64,000 nucleotides of DNA from Vulcanimicrobiota bacterium. GTDB lineage: Bacteria; Vulcanimicrobiota; Vulcanimicrobiia; Vulcanimicrobiales; Vulcanimicrobiaceae. Numbering within the stretch: the stretch's first letter is position 1; every line of letters starts with the position of its first letter. Where the stretch lies: assembly GCA_963795855.1 (NCBI GenBank), contig CAWCIZ010000003.1, forward strand, positions 384,001-448,000, read 5' to 3'. Position numbers and translations under genes: made by a program. Positions 9,980 to 18,385 of the stretch are shown in pieces. The notes below the pieces were generated by a model, which was not told the DNA's origin, ran no database searches, and saw nothing but the letters and a program-made list of their open reading frames with translations.

Positions 9980-10834
9980 CGCTTGCGTACGACGATTGCC
10001 AGGGACGTCGGCGAACGGAAGTTTTGCGGCAGCGTGCCCGCGCGCATCGCGTCGCGCATGCGAAGCGCGGTACCGCGAATTGCTTGTTTGCTGGAAAGAT
10101 CGAAGTGCGCGGCCACGCGTTCTTCGACCGGAAAATCGTTTCCCGCAGCAACGATATCGCAGGAAAGCGCTTGAAAAATACCGGCGAGCTGAAACAGCGT
10201 GACCGGAAATATCTGATCCAATCCGCCATGGGGCCGCTCAAAAGCGTCGAGCCATTCCTTAAGCATCCAGCGCGCGGCAAACGGCGGCCACGGAATTTCA
10301 TAGTGCGCTTCGAACGGCGCGCGATAATCGGGCGCGTACAAGCAGAGGAAGCCGCCGGGTTTGGTTATACGCAGCAGCTCGCAAATGATGCCCGCCGGAT
10401 CGGGAACGTGTTCGATGAATTGGTGGCCGAGCACGACGTCGAAGCGGTTGCATTCCAACCCCGTTTGAACGGCATCGCCGAAGATCAGCCGCTCGCGCCA
10501 AGCCGGCGGCAGCGCGTAAGCATCGAGCTTCGCGTACCCGACGGACAAACGTTTCGGATCGTTGTCGACGCCGTACGCGTCGTGACCGCGTTCGAGAGCG
10601 GGAAGGACGAACGAGCCGGTGCCGCACCCCGCTTCGAAAACCGACGCGCGGAGTCGAGAAGTAGCCCGCGCCCAACGTCCGCTCCATCTCCCCGAAAAGC
10701 CGCTCGTGGCCTTCACGCGAGATCAGCCGCGGAAAGACGCGTTCGAGGGCGGCACGTTCGGAACCGAAGTCGCGCGCGCCGTCCTCGAGCAATGCCCACG
10801 CGCTTTGCTCCAGGTCGCCCTGCGCGTTTTTCAC
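9976..10834 (-). CDS. Class I SAM-dependent methyltransferase (frameshift near 10640)
   Basis: VFEAGCGTG motif I, GVD, GDA, FDVVLGHQFIEHV, LLRITKPGG; N-terminus from ORF 10298..10834 joined to ORF 9976..10716. Confidence 0.8.
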
Positions 10835-10839
10835 GACTC

Positions 10840-11467
10840 TTATTTCGGGAAGATGACGACGCGCCGTTCCGGTTCGACGCCTTCGGATTCGGTACGAACG
10901 TACTGGTTTTCCGCCAACGCGAGGTGGACGATCTTACGTTCCGAAGGAAGCATCGGATCCAAGCGCTGCGGTTTTTTCTCACGAATGCAGCGTTCGAGCG
11001 TAACCAGCGCGAGATTCTTCAGCTGGTCCGCGCGGCGGGCACGGTAGCCTTCCGCGTCGATCGTGTAGTATTTGCGGTTGCTCTTGACGCCGGCGTTCAG
11101 GATGTTGTTGAACACGAGGTTCAACGCTTCGAGCGTGTTGCCGTGGCGTCCGATCAGCATCGCGAGATCGGGCCCGTTCACTTCGAAGTATTCGCCCTCC
11201 GGCCGCGGCACATATTCGATCTCGACGTGCGGCACGCCCATTCGCGTGAGAATGTCTTCGAGCAAATCGCGCGCGCGGTTTCGCGGCTTCGGGCAATTCG
11301 GCTTTGACGCGAGGCGTTCGGGGAGCGTGGCCGTTCCCATTGCCGCGCTGCGCGCCTGCGGCGGGTGGCCGCCGTCTTGCGGTGCCGCCGCGCGGGCGGC
11401 GCGTGCCGGACTCACGATCGCGCACGTCGGCCGGCTGGTCTTCCAATTCGAAATCGTCTTCGAACAT
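10840..11467 (-). CDS. jag: Jag/KhpB (EloR) RNA-binding protein, KH+R3H domains (frameshift near 11280)
   Basis: LIGRHGNTLEAL KH motif, IDAEGYR, ERKIVH R3H motif, SEGVEPERRVVI; canonical position after yidC. Confidence 0.92.
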
Positions 11468-11470
11468 CGC

Positions 11471-12331
11471 TTATCGTTTTGCGCCTTTCTTTTTCTTTGC
11501 GGGCTTGGATGTGCTGCCGATCTGCTTGCGAGCACCGTTGGTGGCGACGGCCTTTTGCGGCTGCGCGTCTTGCGGAATGTCGGTGATCGCATGTTCGTTG
11601 TCGAGCACCGAGAGCGGCTGGTGATATCTCTTGAGCAAATAAAACTGCTGACCCATGGTGAAAACGTTGTACGAAAACCAGTACAGCACCATCGCCGACG
11701 GCCACTTCCACTGAAAGCCGAAGTACCCGAGCATGATCGGCGAGAACCACGCCATGAGTTTTTGCGTCTGCGCCTGCTGCGGATCGGTCGACGGCATCGT
11801 CGCGTAGCGCGAGAAGAGATACATCGAAACCATGTAGAGCAGCAGCAGCGGCAGGTCCGGCAACGCCAAGCTGGCCGCGAGCAGCGGCGCTTTCCAGACC
11901 GGCAGAACGGGCAAATGCTGCGTGAACGCAGAGCCGATCCACACCCAATGCTCGTTGCTGTACAGTTTTTTCTGCTGCAGCACCGCCCAGTAGACGCTGA
12001 TGATGAACGGATACTGCACGAGCATCGGCCAGCAGCCGGCGAGCGGGTTCGCGCCGTTTTTGCGATACAGCTCCATCGTTTCTTTTTGATAGCGCTGCGG
12101 ATCGCTCTTGCCGAATTTCTCTTGCATCCGTTTGAGCTGCGGCGCCAGCTGCTGCATCTTGATCATGGCCATGAACTGCTTGGAGTTGAGCGGCCAGAAC
12201 ACCAATTTCAGCGCGAGCGCGAAGATGACCAGGCTCCATCCGCGGTTGTGAACCACCAAATTGATGCCGCCGACCACGTAGTTGACGGCAAAAACGATGG
12301 GATCGAGCCATGAGGCGAGGATCAGGTGCAA
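11471..12331 (-). CDS. yidC: Membrane protein insertase YidC/Oxa1, short form
   Basis: MELYRKNGANPLAGCWPMLVQYP, LYWFSYNVFTMGQQ. Confidence 0.95.
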   Translation of the reverse strand: MHLILASWLDPIVFAVNYVVGGINLVVHNRGWSLVIFALALKLVFWPLNSKQFMAMIKMQQLAPQLKRMQEKFGKSDPQRYQKETMELYRKNGANPLAGCWPMLVQYPFIISVYWAVLQQKKLYSNEHWVWIGSAFTQHLPVLPVWKAPLLAASLALPDLPLLLLYMVSMYLFSRYATMPSTDPQQAQTQKLMAWFSPIMLGYFGFQWKWPSAMVLYWFSYNVFTMGQQFYLLKRYHQPLSVLDNEHAITDIPQDAQPQKAVATNGARKQIGSTSKPAKKKKGAKR

Positions 12332-12334
12332 AGG

Positions 12335-12550
12335 TTACCTTTCCGGGACCGGATCGAAGCCGCCGGGATGCAGCGGCGTACATTTGACGAGGCGTTTCGC
12401 GGCGAGAATACCGCCGCGCGCCAGCCCGTGTTTCGCGATAGCCTGCGCGGCGTACTCCGAGCAAGTCGGATAGAAACGGCAGGCGGGCGGAAGAAGCGGG
12501 GAAATCAGCCGTTTATACGCGCGCAGCCCAAAAACGATCGCGGGCCGCAT
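12335..12550 (-). CDS. yidD: Membrane protein insertion efficiency factor
   Basis: [11 protein letters not shown]...[14 protein letters not shown]. Confidence 0.95.
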   Translation of the reverse strand: MRPAIVFGLRAYKRLISPLLPPACRFYPTCSEYAAQAIAKHGLARGGILAAKRLVKCTPLHPGGFDPVPER

Positions 12551-12871
12551 CAGCCGAGGGCCCGGCGCACTTCGCCGCACAGATCGCCGTACGAGAGGTT
12601 GCGCGGCCGAAGGCCGGGCGACGATCAGCAGACGCATGCGCGTCGCGGGATCGAGCAGTTCTTGGAGCAAGGCTGAAAGGCGGCGGCGGAGCCGATTGCG
12701 CACGACGGCGTTGCCGACGTTTTTCGAAACCGTGATGCCGACGAGCGGACGCTCGTCGTGCGAGGCGCCGTCCGCCCGGTAGAACGCGAGATTCGCGGTC
12801 GCAGTTCGCCGGCCGCGCTGGCGCAGGCGGCTGAAGTCGGCCGTGCGGCGCAGGCTGGCGAAGGATCGCAT
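12550..12871 (-). CDS. rnpA: Ribonuclease P protein component (frameshift near 12600)
   Basis: [24 protein letters not shown] motif; lies between rpmH and yidD. Confidence 0.93.
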
Positions 12872-13005
12872 CAGACCGTCAGGCGCTTGCGGCCCTTCTT
12901 GCGGCGGGCGTTGATGACGCGGCGGCCATTCTTGGTGGCCATTCGCTCGAGAAAGCCGTGCACGCGTTTGCGACGGCGGTTGTGCGGCTGGAACGTCCGC
13001 TTCAT
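12871..13005 (-). CDS. rpmH: 50S ribosomal protein L34
   Basis: Manual translation: [44 protein letters not shown]. Confidence 0.98.
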   Translation of the reverse strand: MKRTFQPHNRRRKRVHGFLERMATKNGRRVINARRKKGRKRLTV

Positions 13006-13064
13006 GGCGCTCGAAATCTCCTAGAAGAAAATGGCCGCGGAATGAGCGGCACACACAGCCACTT

Positions 13065-13094
13065 AGTATAGGACCCCGTAAGCCGGAGCGTCAA
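13065..13094 (-). promoter_or_regulatory. Sigma70-type promoter of the rpmH operon
   Basis: TTGACG-18 nt-TATACT on the minus strand, 60 nt upstream of rpmH. Confidence 0.7.
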
Positions 13095-13159
13095 GCGCCG
13101 CGAGTCAAACCCCGCCCGCAGGCCCGCGCCGCGCCGGCCAAAGTGGGCGGCCGGGCACT

Positions 13160-13360
13160 CTCTCCACACGTGTGGAAAACGCTGTGGAAATCCCCTGCGC
13201 GGCGCACCCGCCGAATGAGCGAAAAAGCCCGGTTTTCCGCACGTTTTCCGGCTTGTCAAGAGCCGCGCGCCGCTTGGGGTGAATGCGCGAAATCCCGCGT
13301 AAAATGGGGGGTTTTTCACCTGTGGATAAGTGGATAAAAAAAGGCGCCGAATTTCCGCAG
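13160..13360. promoter_or_regulatory. DnaA-box cluster upstream of dnaA (oriC part 1)
   Basis: TGTGGAAAA 13171, TGTGGAAAT 13183, TTTTCCGCA 13233, TTTTTCACC 13312, TGTGGATAA 13321 and AGTGGATAA 13329, compared with consensus TTWTNCACA. Confidence 0.88.
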
Positions 13361-13476
13361 GATAGGACCCTGATTAAGCCAATTCCGGCGCCTCCCATGC
13401 TCGGGGTGACGCCTGGCGACTTTCGTCTGAGCGCCGCTCGAAATGCTACTTACTCACTCGACAAGGACGATTCAGG

Positions 13477-14853
13477 ATGGCGCTTGTGGTTGGCAATCCG
13501 GACATCTCGAACGAACTCTGGCAATCCGCATTGGCCGCGCTGGAGCGCAAATTTTCGAAACCGATCTTCGAGATGTGGATCAAGCCGCTGCGGCTGGTTT
13601 CCCTGACCGGCGACGAGCTGCTTCTGGCGGTACAAAACAACTTCGCGCGGGATTGGGTCGAAAACCGGCTCAAGAGCCAAATCTCCGAGGTGCTGAGCGA
13701 GATTTTCGGCACCGGCGTGCTGGTGCAGTTCACCGTGGTGCCCGAAGCTGCCGATGGCGGCCACACCGCGGCCGCGCCTGCCGTTCCCGCTCGCCTCCGG
13801 AGTGCGCGCCCAAAACGATTTCCGGCCGGGAAATCTCAACTCGCGCTACACCTTTGAAGAGTTCGTCATCGGCAACTCCAACCGGTTCGCGCATGCGGCG
13901 GCGCAAGCCGTGGCGGCGGCGCCGGCTCGCGCTTACAATCCGCTGTTCCTCTACGGCGGCGTGGGCCTGGGCAAAACCCACTTGATGCACGCCATCGGCC
14001 ATCGCGTGCTGCAGGATAATCCCGAAGCCAACGTCGTCTACGTTTCGAGCGAGAAATTCACGAACGAATTCATCATCGCCGTGCAAAACAACAAGACGGT
14101 CGAGTTCCGCAACAAGTACCGTCTGGTCGACGTGCTTACTGATCGACGACATCCAGTTCTTGGAGGGCAAGGAAGGAACGCAAGAAGAGTTCTTCCATAC
14201 CTTCAACGCGCTGCATGAATCCGGACGGCAATTGGTGATATCGAGCGACCGTCCGCCGAAAGAGATTCAAACGCTGGAAAACCGCCTGCGCTCGCGTTTC
14301 GAGTGGGGCTTGCTCACGGACATTCAGCCGCCGGATCTCGAAACGCGCGAAGCGATTCTGCGTAAGAAGGCCGAGTCGGAAAAAATTCCCGTGCCCGACG
14401 AAGTGACCTCGTTCATCGCGAAAGTCATTCCCTCCAATATTCGCGAACTCGAGGGCGCGCTGATTCGCGTCGTCGCATTTTCGTCGCTCACCAAGTCGCC
14501 AATCACCGTCGATCTTGCCGCCGAAGTGCTGAAGAACGCGGTGGCGCAAGCGCCGCTGCGCCGCGTGACGATCGCATCCGATCAAGGAGAAGATTGCCAA
14601 AGCGCACGGCCTGACGGTCAAGGAGATGGACAATCATCGCCGCGATCAGCGTGTCGCCGCGCCGCGCCAAATCGCGATGTTCGTCTGCACCGAACTCACG
14701 GACTGCTCGCTGCCGCACATCGCGCGCGAATTCAACAAGAAAGACCACACGACGGTCATGTACGCCCGGGACAAGGTCAAGGAACAGATGCAGCGCGACG
14801 AAGCCTATCGCAACAAGATTCGATCGCTCATCGCGCTTTGTCAGAGCGACTAA
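13477..14853 (+). CDS. dnaA: Chromosomal replication initiator (about 3 frameshifts near 13790, 14137, 14575)
   Basis: Pieces in four ORFs: [66 protein letters not shown]. Confidence 0.96.
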
Positions 14854-14868
14854 CACGGAGGCTTTCGA

Positions 14869-14894
14869 ACGGTCCGGTCACTCCGGGCCGTTTT
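14869..14894 (+). terminator. Hairpin/possible intrinsic terminator after dnaA
   Basis: ACGGTCCGG-tcact-CCGGGCCGT followed by T residues. Confidence 0.55.
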
Positions 14895-14899
14895 CTCTG

Positions 14900-15113
14900 C
14901 GCGCTTTCATTTGTACACGCTCTGCTGCACAGGGCGCACCCGGAAGCGTGGATAAGTGTCCCGCGGCGCGCGGGGGTGCAGATGTGTACGGCCGTCCCGG
15001 GGTCATGCACAGGTTGTGCGGGCCGAAAAACCGCGCAGTAACGAGAGAATCGGCGGTTGTTCGCAGAATACACCGCCTTACTACTAATACGGTTATCTTT
15101 GTAATTAAAAAAG
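14900..15113. promoter_or_regulatory. oriC part 2: degenerate DnaA boxes, DnaA-trios and AT-rich unwinding element
   Basis: CGTGGATAA 14947 and TCATGCACA 15003; then TTGTTCGCA-GAATACACC-GCC-T-TAC TAC TAA TAC (15079-15090) followed by TTATCTTTGTAATTAAAAAA. Confidence 0.8.
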
Positions 15114-15147
15114 AGCGGCGACGCGCCGGACGCGAAGTGGAGAACTC

Positions 15148-16263
15148 GTGAAGTTTACCTGCAATACGAAAGACATCGCCGGCGCGGTAGGTGCCGCGAG
15201 CAAGGTCGTCAACGCCCACACCACGGTGCCGATCCTTTCAAACGTGCTGCTCAGCGCGGAGGAAGGCAAAATCGCGGTGCGCGCTACCGACCTCGAACTG
15301 ACCTTGCAGCACGCCTTCTCGGCGGAAGTCAGCGAGTCGGGCAGCGTCACCGTCCCGGCCAAACTGTTCAGCAGTTATCTAAGCAACCTGCAGGCGGGGC
15401 TTCTCGAGTTGACCGGCACGCCGACGCGCGCGAGCATCAAGGCCGAGCGCAGCAATTACGACTTCCACGCCCTCCCAGCCGACGAATATCCGCCGCTTCC
15501 GGCGGCCCAGCGCGGCCAGCATTTCAAAATCGGCGGCAAACGCTTTCGCGACGGGGTGAACGCGACGATCTTCGCGGCATCGAGCGAAGAAGCGCGCGGC
15601 GCGGTGCTGATGGGCACGCTGCTCGAAATCGAGGGCGATTCGCTGACGATGGTGGCGACCGACGGATACCGGCTCGCACGCTACCAAACGACGCTCGAGA
15701 GCGGCATTTCGGGCGCCGAGAAGTACATCGTGCCGTCTCGGGCGCTCGCCGAAGCCTCGCGTAACTTGGGCGGCTCGGAGAGCGTCGAAGTAACCGCGCT
15801 CGGCGCGCAGAGCAACCAATTGATGTTCGCAGGCGGCGACATTTCGATCGTTGTGCGTCTGGTCGACGGACAATATCCCAATTACGGACAAGTCATACCG
15901 TCGAAGTTCGATCGCTCGGTCACGGTCAATACGGCCGCGCTCATCGGCGCTCTTCGCCGGGCGGAATTGGTCGCGGGCGATCGCGCGAGCATGGTGAAAC
16001 TCTCGGCTGCGAATCAAACGCTCATCGTAACCGCGAGCTCCGACGTCTCCGGCAACGCATATGAGGAACTCGAAGTCGAGCAGCAGGGTGAAGACCTGAC
16101 CATTGCCTTCAACGCGCGCTATCTCGTCGAAATCCTCAACCACATCGATTCCGCGCAAACGGTCATGGAGTTTCTCGGGCCGCTCTCGCCCGCGGCAATT
16201 CGCCCGGTCGAGCCGCTCGAGAGCGCGCAGCAGCTCTATGTGCTGATGCCGCTGCGCCAGTAG
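15148..16263 (+). CDS. dnaN: DNA polymerase III beta sliding clamp
   Basis: PILSNVLL, ATDLEL, VATDGYRLA, IAFNARYL, YVLMPLR. Confidence 0.97.
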   Translation: MKFTCNTKDIAGAVGAASKVVNAHTTVPILSNVLLSAEEGKIAVRATDLELTLQHAFSAEVSESGSVTVPAKLFSSYLSNLQAGLLELTGTPTRASIKAERSNYDFHALPADEYPPLPAAQRGQHFKIGGKRFRDGVNATIFAASSEEARGAVLMGTLLEIEGDSLTMVATDGYRLARYQTTLESGISGAEKYIVPSRALAEASRNLGGSESVEVTALGAQSNQLMFAGGDISIVVRLVDGQYPNYGQVIPSKFDRSVTVNTAALIGALRRAELVAGDRASMVKLSAANQTLIVTASSDVSGNAYEELEVEQQGEDLTIAFNARYLVEILNHIDSAQTVMEFLGPLSPAAIRPVEPLESAQQLYVLMPLRQ

Positions 16264-16284
16264 TGACGCGCGCCGGCGCGCCGC

Positions 16285-17409
16285 ATGCTGTTGAAATCGC
16301 TGCACCTTTCCAACGTGCGTAACTACGCGCAGCTCGAACTCGAGCCCGGCGCCGGCCTCAACGTGTTCGTCGGCCGCAACGCGCAAGGCAAGAGCAATCT
16401 TCTGGAATCGATCTCGCTGCTCGGAACGGGCAAATCCTTTCGCACGTCGCGCGAACGGGATCTCATCCGCGAAGGCTTCGAACTCGCCGCGATTTCCGGA
16501 GAGGCGCGCGTGCGCGCGGGCGACGTGCGTTTGGGATGCACGGTTGCCGCGACGCCTCGTGGAACGCGCAAAGTGTACACGGTAAACCGGCAAAGCCTGC
16601 GCTATGCGAAGTTTTTGGGGAACCTGCGCGTCGTGACGTTCGTTCCCGCGGACTTGCAACTGGTGAGCGGCGCTCCGGCGCTTCGCCGTTCGTTCCTGAA
16701 CGGATCTCTCGCGCAGGAACAGCGGACGTATTACCACGATCTCGCCCGCTATCAGAAAGCGCTGGCACAAAAATCCGCGCTGCTGCGCAGCGGCGAGGAG
16801 CCGGACAACGAGCTGCTCGCGATTTACAACGAAACGCTGATTGACGCAGGGACGAAGATCATGCTCGCCCGCGAGCAATTCGTGCGAATCTTGAGCGCTG
16901 CCGCCTCACGCGTTCACGCGCAGTGGAGCGCGGGCGGCGAGCACTTCGAGGCGGAGTACCGCCCCAGCGTGGCCTTTGAGGTTCCGAGCGAGGAAAGCAT
17001 CGCCGGCGCTTTTGGAGCGCAGCTGAAGGCGCTTGCCGCGCAGGAACGCGCGCGGCAGATGAGTCTTGCCGGCCCGCATCGCGACGATCTGGATCTGCGG
17101 TTGAATGGGCGTTCGCTTGCAGCATATGGATCGCAGGGTCAGCAGCGCACGGCGGTACTTGCGCTGAAAGTCGCCGAATACACGGTTATGCACGAACGCT
17201 CCGGCGAGGCGCCGCTGTTACTGCTCGACGACGTTCTTTCGGAACTGGATCCGCAACGCGCGCAGGCGTTCCTCGACGGCGTCGGCGGCTTCGAGCAGGC
17301 GTTCATCACCGCGACGCACATGCCGGAAGGGCTTCCGGACTCACGCCTTTACAGCATCGAAAACGCGCAAGTCCGACTTTGCGGCGCCCTCGGGGAGAGT
17401 TTGTGCTAG
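16285..17409 (+). CDS. recF: DNA replication/repair protein RecF
   Basis: RNY, GRNAQGKSNLLE, GPHRDDL, GSQGQQRT, LLLDDVLSELD. Confidence 0.97.
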   Translation: MLLKSLHLSNVRNYAQLELEPGAGLNVFVGRNAQGKSNLLESISLLGTGKSFRTSRERDLIREGFELAAISGEARVRAGDVRLGCTVAATPRGTRKVYTVNRQSLRYAKFLGNLRVVTFVPADLQLVSGAPALRRSFLNGSLAQEQRTYYHDLARYQKALAQKSALLRSGEEPDNELLAIYNETLIDAGTKIMLAREQFVRILSAAASRVHAQWSAGGEHFEAEYRPSVAFEVPSEESIAGAFGAQLKALAAQERARQMSLAGPHRDDLDLRLNGRSLAAYGSQGQQRTAVLALKVAEYTVMHERSGEAPLLLLDDVLSELDPQRAQAFLDGVGGFEQAFITATHMPEGLPDSRLYSIENAQVRLCGALGESLC

Positions 17410-17436
17410 CAGTGCGTTCTCGCGCCATGAATTTTT

Positions 17437-17535
17437 GGGGGCCCCACGCAGCGGCCGTTCCCGTTGCACCTCGTGTGCGGAACGGCAGGCTCACATCCTG
17501 TTCGCTCGGGGGCGCGCAGGCTGGGCCGGAGCGCC
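17437..17535. other. Structured intergenic element (nested inverted repeats; REP/MITE-like or cis RNA)
   Basis: CCCC..AGCG/CGCT.GGGG outer stem, GCCGTTCC/GGAACGGC and CAGG/CCTG inner stems, plus GGCGC/GCGCC. Confidence 0.4.
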
Positions 17536-17542
17536 TTTCAAA

Positions 17543-18379
17543 ATGAAGCCCCTCGCGCGCGTCTTGACCGGGTGGAAACCCCAAGCCGAAGAAACTTCGG
17601 ACCCGCTTTTCGTGTTGCAGAGTGAGTGGGCCGCGATCGTCGGCGCTGACGTCGCCGCACAAACGCGACCTGCGGAAATCGTTCGCGATTCCCTCGTCGT
17701 GGTCACGCGCTCCGGAGCGTGGAGCCAGCAGCTCGCCTTTTTGAGCGAGCGGGTTCTCGCGGCCGTGCAAAAGCGCGCGGGCATAACGATTCGAGGCCTG
17801 CGTTTTCGCGTGGGCCGTATTCGCGAGAATGCCGCGCCGCGCGGCGCACGCACCGGCCGCAACCCGCGCCTCAAAACGCAAGCGCGCGTGTTGGACGAAG
17901 CTCCCACGCTGCAAGCCGCGATCGAACGTTTTCGGACGGACGTTGCGGCGGCTCAGCGGGCGAAAGAGCGTGCCGGGTGGAAAGAATGTCTTCGGTGCGG
18001 CGCGCGGACTCATACGTCGTCAGGGTCTTTCTGCGTGCCCTGCGCCATCGCGCACGCACAGGACCGGGATGCGCAAGTGGCGCGGCTGCTGTTCGAGGCA
18101 CCATGGCTCGGCTACCAAGGTATTGCGCCGCTCGTAAAGGGGCTCACGCCGCAAGACTACGAGGCCGTGCGTCTGCGGCTGCTTCGGCGCTGGAAGGATA
18201 CGCTCGAACGAATCCGGCGCTCGGCCCGGCCGCGCGTGACGATGCGCGATCGCTCTATCGCGAGTTCGTACGTGCTGCTCAAGAGTCAACTCGAACCCGA
18301 TCGCATTGCGCCGGCCGTCGTGCGCGATCTGCTCGGTGACGAGTTGCACGATATTTTTTACGGAAACGAGAACAGTTAG
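17543..18379 (+). CDS. DciA/DUF721 family protein with CxxC..CxxC zinc finger and C-terminal extension
   Basis: WAAIVGADVAAQTRP...LVVVTRSGAWSQQL DUF721 signature; CLRC..CVPC; typical position between recF and gyrB. Confidence 0.82.
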   Translation: MKPLARVLTGWKPQAEETSDPLFVLQSEWAAIVGADVAAQTRPAEIVRDSLVVVTRSGAWSQQLAFLSERVLAAVQKRAGITIRGLRFRVGRIRENAAPRGARTGRNPRLKTQARVLDEAPTLQAAIERFRTDVAAAQRAKERAGWKECLRCGARTHTSSGSFCVPCAIAHAQDRDAQVARLLFEAPWLGYQGIAPLVKGLTPQDYEAVRLRLLRRWKDTLERIRRSARPRVTMRDRSIASSYVLLKSQLEPDRIAPAVVRDLLGDELHDIFYGNENS

Positions 18380-18385
18380 GAAAGA

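Noticed and set aside
12335..13054. Apparent RnpA-YidD fusion ORF
   Set aside because: An indel near 12600; the TGATG stop/start junction is intact at 12548-12552.
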